From positions 72,850,001 to 72,914,000 of the forward strand of contig NC_042997.1 in NCBI RefSeq assembly GCF_006345805.1: 64,000 nt of DNA, read 5' to 3'. Both the position numbers and the translations under genes were made by a program. How positions within the stretch are numbered: position 1 is the stretch's first letter; every line of letters begins with the position of its first letter. Positions 57,101 to 64,000 of the stretch are shown here, one piece after another. The notes beneath the pieces were generated by a model, which made no database searches, was not told where the DNA came from, and saw only the letters and a list, made by a program, of their open reading frames with translations. The DNA comes from Octopus sinensis (taxonomy: Eukaryota).

Positions 57101-57855
57101 TATTTTTTTTCTAAGGACCGCCTAATTGGGGCCTCACTGACGACCCTCTTTTTACAGCATTTTACATGGTATTCGCGACCAAATTAGGGCAATGACAATG
57201 AATTTCATACCATGAACTCACAGGTAGGTAAGAAGGTTCAATTTCTTAAGGGCCACTTAAATGGTGCCCCACTATTTTTTATGCCTTTACCTCGCTCCTA
57301 CGCTTATAAATCAAACTATGATCAGCACCAATGCTTAGCACATTTGCAGAAAAAAGTTTCACTACACAAGGGTAGAGGGTCGCAAAGCGTCCCGATAGTG
57401 GGGCCGAAGGCCTCAAAGGGGCTCTCCGCAGTATCTAGGGTGAATGCCACGCTAAGGACGGCTTTAAGGCTAGTATAGATAAGTAGATTACATTATTGAT
57501 AGTTGAAAGAGGTAAAAATTCTCATTCATAAACTGTACATGCCACATGGTTTGAAACTAGCAAAAACACTTCTAAGATGTTGTTATGGTATTCCTATGTT
57601 AGGCTACATAATGTTTTACATAGGAGGCCGAAGCTGTTAAAAAGATGATATAGCGAGGTAAACGCTAAAAATGTAACATACCTACAATACAAGATACACG
57701 TGTAATACTAATAGACGTGAAGTCAGTCATCTTATAAAGTTTAGCAGAGAAGACATCAGATGCAGTTAAATAGAAGAAATATTACTTACATCATTAGATA
57801 TTGGTTCAACATTCTCAACAACAGGACGTTTTCTCTTCTCACTTTTGGTGACCAT
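9026..57855 (-). CDS. BOP1: Ribosome biogenesis protein BOP1/Erb1 (complete, 19 coding exons, 818 aa)
   Basis: Exons in gene order: 57790-57855, 49641-49754, 46402-46782, 46010-46161, 44337-44454, 39566-39667, 38407-38526, 37913-38185, 35841-35924, 34453-34522, 31584-31716, 30244-30368, 29812-29894, 29145-29255, 28247-28321, 25060-25162, 22520-22604, 17870-17977, 9026-9179. Lengths sum to 2457 nt, phases match and all introns are GT-AG. The joined translation has BOP1 hallmarks: [90 protein letters not shown]. Confidence 0.97.
9685..13600 (+). mobile_element. Near-full-length RTE-clade LINE (APE endonuclease + RT), inactivated
   Basis: APE motifs [33 protein letters not shown]; RT motifs [32 protein letters not shown]. 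Disablements: frameshift near 10650, TGA 11382-84, TAG 11814-16, frameshift near 12635, TAG near 12707. Tail ccatgctagcatgg...(gat)n. Lies antisense in BOP1 intron 18. Confidence 0.96.
13660..14215 (+). mobile_element. Two degenerate RTE-tail remnants (13660-13815 and about 13860-14215)
   Basis: cacgtaaaaagcaccc...gccagcatggcaaacagatgttaaatgatg; gctacttggcaaccttgctagtgctggtg...ggtgttaggaaaggca. Confidence 0.6.
14621..14955 (-). mobile_element. RTE 3'-tail element, 3 modules
   Basis: catcatcattgtttaac...gctggatgctcttcctaacaccaac; three ggtgctttttac motifs. Confidence 0.85.
14966..15541 (+). mobile_element. Non-autonomous Helitron
   Basis: 5' TCtatcttatatattaaaaga..tgtccgtctgtg; 3' hairpin GTAGCA-tgcgc-TGCTAC (15511-15527) 10 nt before a degenerate CTAT terminus (expected CTAG). 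Confidence 0.7.
15673..15895 (+). mobile_element. 5'-truncated tRNA-SINE (same family as 2154-2538)
   Basis: ccaaagccttgtaagtggatttcgtacacggaaactgaa...taacttagcggttcggcaaaa...ggtggtgctccagcatggccacagtc. Confidence 0.75.
15896..16135 (+). mobile_element. Helitron 5' fragment
   Basis: gtattacgtgtcaaaagtgaaacaataacatctctattgtaatgtgagataata is the reverse complement of about 56775-56840 in the RepHel-bearing Helitron. Confidence 0.6.
16190..16407. repeat. 108-bp tandem duplication, each unit ending in a mariner right TIR
   Basis: Two identical units ending atggttcaaaatgttacttactttttactcaacctga|TA at 16299 and 16407. Confidence 0.9.
16430..17715 (+). mobile_element. Full-length mariner transposon (1286 bp), transposase pseudogene
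   Basis: TA-flanked imperfect TIRs (tcgggttgaataaaaagtaacgttttgaaccatgaa / reverse complement tcagtctgagtaaaacgtaagcaacgttttgaaacatgaa); [21 protein letters not shown], (W)[14 protein letters not shown]; several stops and frameshifts. Confidence 0.93.
17870..17977 (-). CDS. BOP1: BOP1 exon 18
   Basis: [35 protein letters not shown](N); donor gtaagt. Confidence 0.97.
18621..19475 (+). mobile_element. Internally deleted mariner transposon (second family)
   Basis: TA|ttgggtcatcccataaataatg ... cattatttatgagatgacccaa|TA (21/22 TIR match); [38 protein letters not shown] (D34D region). Confidence 0.92.
20308..22129 (+). mobile_element. 5'-truncated RTE LINE with a 4-module 3' UTR
   Basis: ORF track: [35 protein letters not shown]; tail catggaaaacagatgttaaacgac(gat)n. 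Confidence 0.93.
22520..22604 (-). CDS. BOP1: BOP1 exon 17
   Basis: [27 protein letters not shown](R); donor gtaaga. Confidence 0.97.
22958..23183. mobile_element. piggyBac-type MITE
   Basis: TTAA|ccctttagtatt ... aagccaaagga|TTAA. Confidence 0.8.
23797..24850 (+). mobile_element. tRNA-SINE split by two nested insertions (RTE tail 23961-24420; orphan repeat 24421-24620)
   Basis: SINE head at 23797-23950 (gtgtgtggtaag...gggttcagtcccact); SINE 3' half at 24640-24850; an RTE tail ending (gat)n lies between them. Confidence 0.8.
25060..25162 (-). CDS. BOP1: BOP1 exon 16
   Basis: [34 protein letters not shown](G); donor gtcagt. Confidence 0.97.
25878..27466 (+). mobile_element. Degenerate piggyBac (PGBD-type) transposon
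   Basis: [14 protein letters not shown]; [33 protein letters not shown]; right end gaaatgaaaggg|TTAA; degenerate left end TTAA|tcatttcaatacc. Confidence 0.8.
28247..28321 (-). CDS. BOP1: BOP1 exon 15
   Basis: [25 protein letters not shown]; donor gtaagt. Confidence 0.96.
28598..28795 (-). mobile_element. Old RTE-tail element
   Basis: catcatcatttaatg...ggatacctttcctaatgccaaccactttg...gtgctttttacatgtg. Confidence 0.7.
29145..29255 (-). CDS. BOP1: BOP1 exon 14
   Basis: [37 protein letters not shown]; donor gtcagt. Confidence 0.97.
29812..29894 (-). CDS. BOP1: BOP1 exon 13
   Basis: [27 protein letters not shown]; donor gtttgt; phases fit the neighbouring exons. Confidence 0.92.
30244..30368 (-). 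CDS. BOP1: BOP1 exon 12
   Basis: [41 protein letters not shown]; donor gtaagg. Confidence 0.93.
31584..31716 (-). CDS. BOP1: BOP1 exon 11
   Basis: [43 protein letters not shown](V); donor gtaaga. Confidence 0.97.
31797..34408 (+). mobile_element. 5'-truncated RTE LINE filling BOP1 intron 10
   Basis: [11 protein letters not shown]..., [27 protein letters not shown]; tail catggaaagcagacgttaaat(gat)n; many stops. Confidence 0.94.
34453..34522 (-). CDS. BOP1: BOP1 exon 10 (WD40 start)
   Basis: [23 protein letters not shown](G); donor gtaagt. Confidence 0.96.
35841..35924 (-). CDS. BOP1: BOP1 exon 9
   Basis: [28 protein letters not shown]; donor gtgagt. Confidence 0.96.
36355..36545 (-). mobile_element. 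RTE-tail element
   Basis: catcatcatcatttaacagccattttccatgctggcatggg...ggatgcccttcctaataccaaccactcc. Confidence 0.8.
36960..37480 (+). mobile_element. Possible highly degraded Penelope-like GIY-YIG remnant
   Basis: One frame reads ..[15 protein letters not shown].. at about 37218-37262, reminiscent of YIGxTxRxLxxR; otherwise full of stops. Confidence 0.3.
37480..37800 (-). mobile_element. Two degenerate Nin-core SINE fragments
   Basis: actggtactttattctattgactc..ggatgaa..; ggatgaaaggcaaagttgacc..ggaatttga. Confidence 0.65.
37913..38185 (-). CDS. BOP1: BOP1 exon 8
   Basis: [31 protein letters not shown]...[22 protein letters not shown]; donor gtaaaa. Confidence 0.98.
38407..38526 (-). CDS. 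BOP1: BOP1 exon 7
   Basis: [40 protein letters not shown]; donor gtaaat. Confidence 0.96.
39566..39667 (-). CDS. BOP1: BOP1 exon 6
   Basis: [34 protein letters not shown]; donor gtaagc. Confidence 0.97.
39696..42526 (+). mobile_element. pogo/Tigger-like DNA transposon (CENP-B HTH + DDE), pseudogene, with internal insertions
   Basis: TIRs TACTCTGGGGTCTCAAATA (39696) and reverse complement TACTCTCGAGTCTCAAATA (42526); [52 protein letters not shown]. Confidence 0.8.
40010..40190 (-). mobile_element. Nin-core SINE fragment inside the pogo element
   Basis: ttaggcacaaag..actggtgcttcattttattgaccctgtagggatgaaaggtaaagctaacc..gggattgaactcaaaatg. Confidence 0.65.
42821..44238 (+). mobile_element. 5'-truncated RTE LINE (RT C-terminus + 3' UTR)
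   Basis: caggcaataacagaggaattcaagacagg..tatgctgatgacc; [17 protein letters not shown]; tail ccatgccagcatggataatggatgtgaaat(gat)n. Confidence 0.92.
44337..44454 (-). CDS. BOP1: BOP1 exon 5
   Basis: [39 protein letters not shown]; donor gtaagt. Confidence 0.95.
44789..44945 (-). mobile_element. Old RTE-tail element
   Basis: catcatcatctattaacattcattttccatgctggcac...gttgaatgcctttcctacaccaacc. Confidence 0.65.
45132..45352. mobile_element. piggyBac-derived MITE
   Basis: TTAA|cccttttgataccaacctgg ... cagaaatatggtaacaagaggg|TTAA; ends resemble those of the piggyBacs at 25878 and 50226. Confidence 0.82.
46010..46161 (-). CDS. BOP1: BOP1 exon 4
   Basis: [51 protein letters not shown]; donor gtgagt. 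Confidence 0.97.
46402..46782 (-). CDS. BOP1: BOP1 exon 3 (acidic, low-complexity linker)
   Basis: 127 open codons ending [12 protein letters not shown]; acceptor ttttag, donor gtgagt. Confidence 0.92.
47794..48000 (-). mobile_element. RTE-tail element
   Basis: cattcaacatccgttgtctatgctggcat...cagctggatgcccttctcaatgccaaccactctgagagtgta. Confidence 0.75.
48230..49020 (+). mobile_element. Old RTE 3' UTR (CT-rich) with degenerate tail
   Basis: ggcaatctcactagtgctggtgccac..cattaggaaggatatc..gctagcatagaacatggacattaaatgat. Confidence 0.55.
49641..49754 (-). CDS. BOP1: BOP1 exon 2
   Basis: [38 protein letters not shown] (cf. the SEESVFSGLE motif of BOP1); acceptor tttcag, donor gtaaat. Confidence 0.9.
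49830..50023. mobile_element. piggyBac-type MITE
   Basis: TTAA|ccctttagcatt ... aatgcttaaggg|TTAA. Confidence 0.82.
50882..53166 (+). mobile_element. Merlin (ISXO2/IS1016-like) DNA transposon
   Basis: Long TIRs starting GGTTAAACTAAAGCGTTAAACCCAG; 8-bp TSD gcaaatat / gcaaatac (50874-81, 53167-74). Confidence 0.92.
51987..52913 (+). pseudogene. Merlin transposase (zinc ribbon + ISXO2-like DDE) with one in-frame TGA
   Basis: CPRC..C zinc motif; [22 protein letters not shown]; GSIVYSESW; [20 protein letters not shown] at 52230-32 separates two ORFs in the same frame. Confidence 0.88.
55169..55808 (-). mobile_element. Young RTE 3'-UTR copy with a 190-bp internal tandem duplication (5 modules)
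   Basis: Closely similar to the reverse complement of 13140-13600; units 55387-55579 and 55580-55769. Confidence 0.92.
55809..57000 (-). mobile_element. Helitron 5' portion with RepHel N-terminus
   Basis: [24 protein letters not shown]; [34 protein letters not shown] (Helitron Rep zinc-finger region); 5' end reads atatatgaaatgctttatctgtctgttccc. Confidence 0.82.
57001..57473 (+). mobile_element. Non-autonomous Helitron-like element
   Basis: Starts atataaatttgaatgatgtttctgtccg; ends with an imperfect GCC..GGC hairpin then CTAG|T at 57470-74. Confidence 0.6.
57790..57855 (-). CDS. BOP1: BOP1 coding exon 1
   Basis: ATG at 57855-57853; [22 protein letters not shown]; donor GTAAGT; phase 0 fits exon 2. 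Weakly conserved sequence, so supported mainly by splice sites and position next to the divergent promoter. Confidence 0.8.
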
Positions 57856-58382
57856 GATTGAAAAAGGCCATGCGTTGGTCAGCACTGACTAATCTATAAA
57901 TATATGTGTTATTAGATATTAAATATTTGAGATGAAAATCTGTATAAGCTCATTGTATTACGTTATAAAATAAAAAAAAGTAATAGGCAAAAATAAATTG
58001 TAAATAAATACGTCATTTTACCATGTAAACTCGATAAAGTAGTTTTAACAATAGATTAGTTACGTCTGTTAGAAAGAAATTATCGTCACTTCTAGAGATA
58101 TTCACTAAAGGGAGATAAATCAACAGTGCTAGGGCGGCGCTACTTTCGAAACGTGTCATGACAAGTCAATAAACAAAGCGTATCTCAATACTTTTCTGGA
58201 TTCTTTCTTAAGTTATTCCTTACTGAAAATGATTGGTTGCGTTATATTATACATGAAAAATAAACGATTTTAGTAGGAGTAAGCTGAGAAAGGTTTGATT
58301 TCAAGATCCTGGTATTATATACATTATATATATATGAAAAAAAAAGATTATATCAATTCTTTGCACAGTTCATTAAAAAAAG
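57856..58382. promoter_or_regulatory. Putative bidirectional promoter shared by BOP1 and PIBF1
   Basis: Divergent ATGs 527 nt apart; no recognisable TE; GC/CpG patch (gggcggcgctactttcgaaacgtg) near 58131-58156; ATTGG (CCAAT box) at 58232-58236. Confidence 0.65.
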
Positions 58383-58742
58383 ATGATGGATATGGAATTC
58401 TCTCAGATATTCCGAGATCAAGAATCTGATGAAATTAGTCTTGAGACCTCTGTTCCAACGGACACATTTTCTCCAGAAAGGGAACATGTGAACCGGCGCA
58501 GTTCGCGAAGAATTAAAGATACCAAATCTAATGCCGCTGGAAGAGATATTCTTGAGAAAAAGCAGCTACTTCATGACCTCCAGCTTCACAAGATAGAGTC
58601 ATCGCAAAAAGGAATTGCCATTGATAACCTAAAGATACAACATATGCAACGAACAGAAGAATTAGAAGAGAAGCTGAATGAAGCTCTTTACCAAAAGCAA
58701 ATTCTCCAAACTCGTTTGGAATCTGAAATCCGAATACAACAG
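58383..58742 (+). CDS. PIBF1: Progesterone-induced-blocking factor 1 (PIBF1/CEP90), first coding exon; gene continues beyond the window
   Basis: MMDMEFSQIFRDQESDEISLETSVPTD...LEKKQLLHDLQLHKIESSQKGIAIDNLK...EELEEKLNEALYQKQIL matches the PIBF1 N-terminus I recognise (ISLETTVPTD / KELLHNIQLLKIELSQK / EELEEKLNDALHQKQLL). Donor CAG|gttaat at 58743. An acceptor tttgcacag ending at 58368 implies an upstream 5'-UTR exon. Confidence 0.9.
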
Positions 58743-59195
58743 GTTAATATTTGCCTCATATTTATTATTGATCGTATTTTGATGTTTAACAAAGTCCTAT
58801 GTTTCTGCCTTTCCAATGGGTGTTATTGTAATTCAATTTGCTTTAACTGTCAGTTTAATCTTCAATTATACTACGCGGATCCTGTCGACTGACTTCTGTT
58901 ATTTTGTTAAAATTCTATTTACATATAAGATTCATTATAGCAATACAAACTGTCTGTATTGCAGAATAAGCTTACTCTATTAAAATAATGAGTTGTATAT
59001 TCACTAATGAAAATATTAGTATAGCTGTATTTCTTTTTCTATGAGGAATGTAATGTGGGCAGCTAAAGTTAGCATATGTACTAACATTTCTCACTATCTT
59101 TTTAATTCAAATAATGACCAACCGCATATAACTGTATGTATGTATTTAGGTACACAGATGTATGCCTTACGTACATCCATACCTGTGTATCTCCT

Positions 59196-59385
59196 TTTTA
59201 GGCACAAGGCTTGAAATTTTGGTTGAAGTTTGGGTCTAGTCGATCTCATCAACCCCACATCTTGACTGGTTTTTGTTTTATTGACCCCGAAAGAATGAAG
59301 GACAAAATTGAGCTCGACGGAAGTCAGAAGAAATGCCTCTAAGCATTTTGTCCGACAGGCTAATGAACTTACCAACTTGTCACCT
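59196..59385 (-). mobile_element. Nin-core SINE in PIBF1 intron
   Basis: ttaggcacaaggcttgaaatttt..ttattgaccccgaaagaatgaaggacaaa..ctaagcattttgtccgacaggctaa. Confidence 0.7.
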
Positions 59386-59969
59386 TTCCATACTTGTGTA
59401 TATGTTAACTTGTGCTGTTCGCATGTAGAGTAGCATTCTCGTAGTGAAGAAAATTTAGATATTTAAAAAGTAAATAAAAATTAAAGGGGAGATAATCAAC
59501 TTACTGTTAAACAACGATGACACTGAATGTAACAACCAAAAAGTGAACAAATGTCATTCTCTTCAGTACAGAATTCCTCCATATAAATATAACACGAACA
59601 AATTATCTGACGTTCCAAATTTTCTTTTAACATGCATCCACTTCATCTATTCTTAACACTTTATCACATAAAGCGAAACAGGTAAACATTTGTACATTCA
59701 ATTTGTCGCAGTACGCATAAAATTCATGAGGCTTGTTCTTGACGAAAATTTAATATAAAGAATTTCAGATGATATTCTTTAAAATGAAGCTACATGCCAT
59801 TTAGAGACAATGCTTAATAATCAATAACTCAATCTAATTGGCTAAACTGGCAAAATGACCATTCCGAAATATAACAATATCAATCTAATTGAATATATAT
59901 ATATATAATATTAGGGAGTAAATTCCAAACTTACAGGGAAAAATTTATATTAAATCAAATTTCACAATA

Positions 59970-60365
59970 TCTATATATATAAAACTCACCTTGTGTGTGT
60001 GTCTGTGTGTTTAACTTCCCGGCCCATCTCCTCCTAGCCAACAAAGCGTAGAACCACCAAAAATGGGTCACTTAAAGTTTAGGCGAATGAAAATTGAACT
60101 GCGCTATTTCTGTTCCGAAATCCATCTCGCAAGGGTAAAAATCGATAATGTGTTTGTTTAAGCCTTATCCCATGCATTGAATAGTGAACTTTACTCAGTC
60201 AGCTGTTTGACGTGAACTGTTCACCACGCGTGCAAGCATGCGTAAATTGCATGAAAAGTAAAAAATCAAGATATAAAAACGAATTGCCGTAAACATTGTA
60301 GAAATTCGGCAAAGAAATTAATTTTCGGTATGTAGCCTGGAGGGTTTTTTTGTATTAATATATAT
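59970..60365 (+). mobile_element. Helitron-like 5' fragment
   Basis: A|TCtatatatataaaactcaccttgtgtgtgtgtctgtg, a typical Helitron 5' terminus; no 3' CTAG end seen before the downstream array and RTE. Confidence 0.6.
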
Positions 60366-60371
60366 ATATAA

Positions 60372-60764
60372 CTTACTAAGTTACAGTGTTATATTAGTTA
60401 TCAATAATGATTATTCCCTCTGATTTTTCAAACCTATTTGCTAGCTCACACGATTAACAGAACCTCTTACTAAGTTACGGTGTTATATTAGTTATCAATA
60501 ATGATTATTCCCTCTGATTTTTCAAACCTATATTCTAGCTCATACGATTAACAGAACCTCTTACTAAGTTACGGTGTTATATTAGTTATCAATAATGATT
60601 ATTCCCTCTGATTTTTCAAACCTATTTTCTAGCTCATACGATTAACAGAACCTCTTACTAAGTTACGGTGTTATATTAGTTATCAATAATGATTATTCCC
60701 TCTGATTTTTCAAACCTATTTTCTAGCTCATACGATTAACAGAACCTCTTACTAAGTTACGGTG
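60372..60764. repeat. 94-bp minisatellite, about 4.2 copies
   Basis: Units start at 60372, 60466, 60560, 60654 and 60748 (cttactaagttac...gattaacagaacct). Confidence 0.96.
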
Positions 60765-63700
60765 AACCCGCCTTCCCACCCCCTCCACACATGCCGGAAG
60801 TTCCTATTCTTTGCCATCCCGGGGTTGCTTCCCATGAAGACTGCAAATGCTCTTTCACCATCCCTACCCCTAGTCTCGACCTATGTAAGGTAATGTTCAT
60901 ACAGTGCAAAATATGAAAGGCTAGTGTTATGCAGGTTGTACTGAGGGCTACTTTACTACTTCATTACTTGCACATGAATTCTGCCAAATGCGAGCTTTCT
61001 TTTCAGGTACACGAAGCTACTGTCCACCGTCCCAGGGTATCTAGAGCCCATGCCTCCCACACCCTCAGGGTTGGCACCCTCAACGTTGGCACACTGAAAG
61101 GTAGGTCTGGTGAGATAGTCTAGATGCTTGAACGGAGATGTGTGGATATATGTTGCATGCAAGAAATAAGGTGGAGAGGAGGATCAGCTAGGTTCCTCAC
61201 AGGCAAGGAACGCAGGTACAAGATTTTCTGGGCAGGGAACACTGACGGGGTTGGTGGCATGGGTATACTTATCGCTGAGAAATGGTAGATAAAGTAATTG
61301 AGGTAATCAGAGTAAGAGACAGAATACTTAAGATTAGATTAGTGCTTCGTCATAGTTTAGCAACCATTATATCAGCCTATGCTCCTCAGTCGGGGCTACC
61401 CGATGGACAGAAAGACCAATTCTATGACACTCTACTGCAGACTACCTCGTTGACGAACGACAGAGACCTTCTCTTTGTGGCTGGTGACTTCAATGGTCAC
61501 GTTGGACGACATGCTGGGGGCTTCCATGGAGGCTATGGCTATGGCTCCCGCAACGAGGAGGGAACCAGGCTGCTGGAGTTCTGCGATGCAAATAATCTTA
61601 TGATTTGCAACACTAACTTCAGGAAACCTACCAGCCACCTAGTCACTTACCGATCGGGCCAACATACCAGCCAAATTGACTACATCCTTGCAAGGCAAAG
61701 GGAGAGATGGCTGCTTATAAATGCCAAAACCTTCCCAGGCGAAGAATATACCCCACAACATAGACTGGTAGTTAGTGACTTTAGGATCAGGACTAGGAGG
61801 ACAACCAGAAGACGACCAATATGGAGAAGAAGGATCTGGAAGCTTAAAGATCCTGCAAATGGACAGAGATTTAGGGACGTATTACTTGAAGCCTTTGAAG
61901 AAGTAGAAGGGGATAGAGCATCACAGGGGGTAGAAGACAACTGGACGTTTCTAAGGGACAACCTGCTGAGAGCCACTGACCAGATCTGTGGCTGGTGCAA
62001 AGTCCCCTCTCGACCTAGAATAACGTGGTGGTGGAACAATATTGTAGACAGGGCTATTAGAGAAAAGAGACAGGCTTGGAAGGTCTGGAAAAATGGGGGT
62101 AGCAGGGAATTGTATCAGACTGCCAAAAGAGAAGCTAGGAGACAGGTTTATTTAGCCAGAGGGGAAGCAGATAAGAAAAAATTTGCTAATGTTCTGCGCC
62201 ATGAGGACCAAAGACTGGAGGTGTTTCGCGTTGCAAGACAGTGTGTGAGAGAGAATCGTGATGTGGTAGGAGAGAAGTGTGTTCGCATGGAAGATGGTTC
62301 ACTTGCGCTAAATGAGGATGCAAAGAGAGAGGTTTGGAGATGCCACTATGAAAGGTTGCTGAATAAAGAAAATGAATGAGATAAAGAGAGTCTGCCAAAT
62401 GTCAACCCAACAGAGGGTCCAGCCATCCAAGTTGACAATTCTTTGATAGTTAAAGCAATTAGAAGCATGAAGACAGGGAAAGCCCCAGGCCTATCAGGAA
62501 TTACTGCAGAGATGCTCAAAATGTCTGGTAGTGTCGGCTATAGCCTAGTCACCCGTATAGTTAATCAGGTGATACACAAAGGAGTCATACCCAATGACTG
62601 GTGTAGCAGCATAATAGTCAACTGCTACAAAGGTAAAGGTGACGCCCTAGATACAAATAACTACAGAGGTATCAAGCTGTTGGATCAGGTGATGAAGGTT
62701 ACGGAGAGGGTCATTGCCCAACTAATTAGAGAGAGAGTTAGTTTAGATGAGATGCAGTTTGTGTTTGTGCCAGGGAAAAGTACTACTGATGCTATATTCC
62801 TGGTAAGGCAGCTGCAGGAGAAATACCTAGCCAAAGATAAGCCCCTGTACCTGGCTTTTGTTGACATGGAGAAAGCCTTCGACAGGGTCCCCCAATCCCT
62901 TATCTGGTGGTCAATGAGGAAACTAGGGATAGATGAATGGTTAGTGAGAGCTGTGCGGGCCATGTATAGGGACGCTGCTAGTAAGGTGAGGGTTGGCAAC
63001 GAGTACAGTGAAGAATTCCGTGTAGAAGTAGGGGTCCACCAAGGCTGTCCTCAGCCCCCTCTTATTTATCATAGTCCTCCAGGCAATAACAGAGGAATTC
63101 AAGACAGGATGCCCTTGGGAGCTCCTCTATGCTGATGACCTTGCTCTAATTGCTGAGTCGCTATCAGAACTGGAAGAGAAGTTTCAGGTGTGGAAACAAG
63201 GATTAGAATCGAAGGGCCTCAGAGTCAATCTAGCTAAAACCAAAGTCGTAATCAGTAGGAAGGTAGACAAATCACAAACGCCTTCAGGTAGATGGCCCTG
63301 CTCGATCTGTAGAAAAGGTGTAGGTAGAAACTCTATAAGATGCACCAAGTATAAGCTATGGACACATAAGAGGTGCAGCAATGTCAAAGGAAGGCTAACT
63401 AGGAAGATGGTTTTTGTATGTGGCAGATGCTCAGGAACAATAAACACTGAAAATGCTCTGAGACCAACTTCCGTCACTTTCCAGGGAGAAAAACTAGAAA
63501 TAGTTGATAGTTTCCGTTACCTAGGTGACCAAGTCAGCAGCGGGGGCGGGTGTGCTGAAAGTGTAACTGCTAGAGTAAGAATAGCTTGGGCAAAGTTCAG
63601 AGAGCTCTTACCTCTGCTGGTGGCAAAAGGCCTCTCGCACAGAGTGAAAGGCAGACTGTATGATGCATGTGTACGAACAGCCATGCTACATGGCAGTGAA

Positions 63701-64000
63701 ACATGGGCCGTGACTGCTGAGGATATGTGTAAGCTCGCAAGAAATGAAGCCAGTATGCTCCGATGGATGTGTAATGTCAGTACTCATACTCGGCAGAGTG
63801 TAAGTACCTTGAGAGAAAAGCTAGACCTAAGAAGCATCAGTTGTGGTGTGCAAGAGAGACGTTTGCGCTGGTATGGTCAAGTGGCGAGAATGGATGAAGA
63901 TTGTTGTGTGAAAAAGTGCTACACCCTAGCGGTTGAGGGAACCTGCAGAAGAGGCAGACCCAGGAAAACCTGGGATGAGGTGGTGAAGCACGACCTTCGA
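60765..64000 (+). mobile_element. Near-full-length RTE LINE (runs off the window), inactivated; sense orientation in PIBF1 intron
   Basis: [45 protein letters not shown]; TAG 61121-23, frameshift near 61283, TGA 62377-79, frameshift near 63046. Confidence 0.96.

Noticed and set aside
9026-57855. Minor-class (U12) or non-canonical introns in BOP1
   Set aside because: All 18 donors are ordinary GT (GTAAGT, GTGAGT, GTCAGT, GTAAAT and similar) and all acceptors are AG; no GTATCCTT or ATATCCTT.
58743-58892. C-terminal 49 aa of the PIBF1 ORF in the track
   Set aside because: Follows a CAG|GT donor, loses coiled-coil character and is intronic read-through. No PIBF1 exon 2 was found before the window end.

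Overview
AT-rich animal genomic DNA. The SINE, RTE and MITE repertoire looks like coleoid cephalopod (Octopus-type) DNA; that assignment is an inference from repeat recognition. The window holds one complete gene, BOP1/Erb1 (WD40 ribosome-biogenesis factor), on the minus strand. I traced 19 coding exons by hand from 57855 to 9026, all with GT-AG introns and consistent phases, giving a 2457-nt CDS (818 aa plus stop). Head-to-head with it, 527 nt between the ATGs, lies the first coding exon of PIBF1 (+, 58383-58742), which continues beyond the window. The rest is mostly dead mobile DNA: a Penelope-like element, two near-full-length and several truncated RTE LINEs, about 15 RTE 3'-tail copies, tRNA-derived SINEs, two mariners, a pogo element, two piggyBacs (one carrying a nested Merlin), piggyBac-type MITEs and Helitron pieces. 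No CRISPR array or prokaryotic system is present. The main unexplained signals are: (1) a tandemly amplified hairpin plus predicted H-type-pseudoknot module in the RTE 3' UTR; (2) a 199-bp perfectly identical tract, including a shared premature stop, between two otherwise clearly diverged RTEs 51 kb apart; (3) duplications of flanking DNA at the 5' junction of both near-full-length RTEs; (4) a spacerless 178-bp palindrome; (5) degenerate hammerhead-like motifs.
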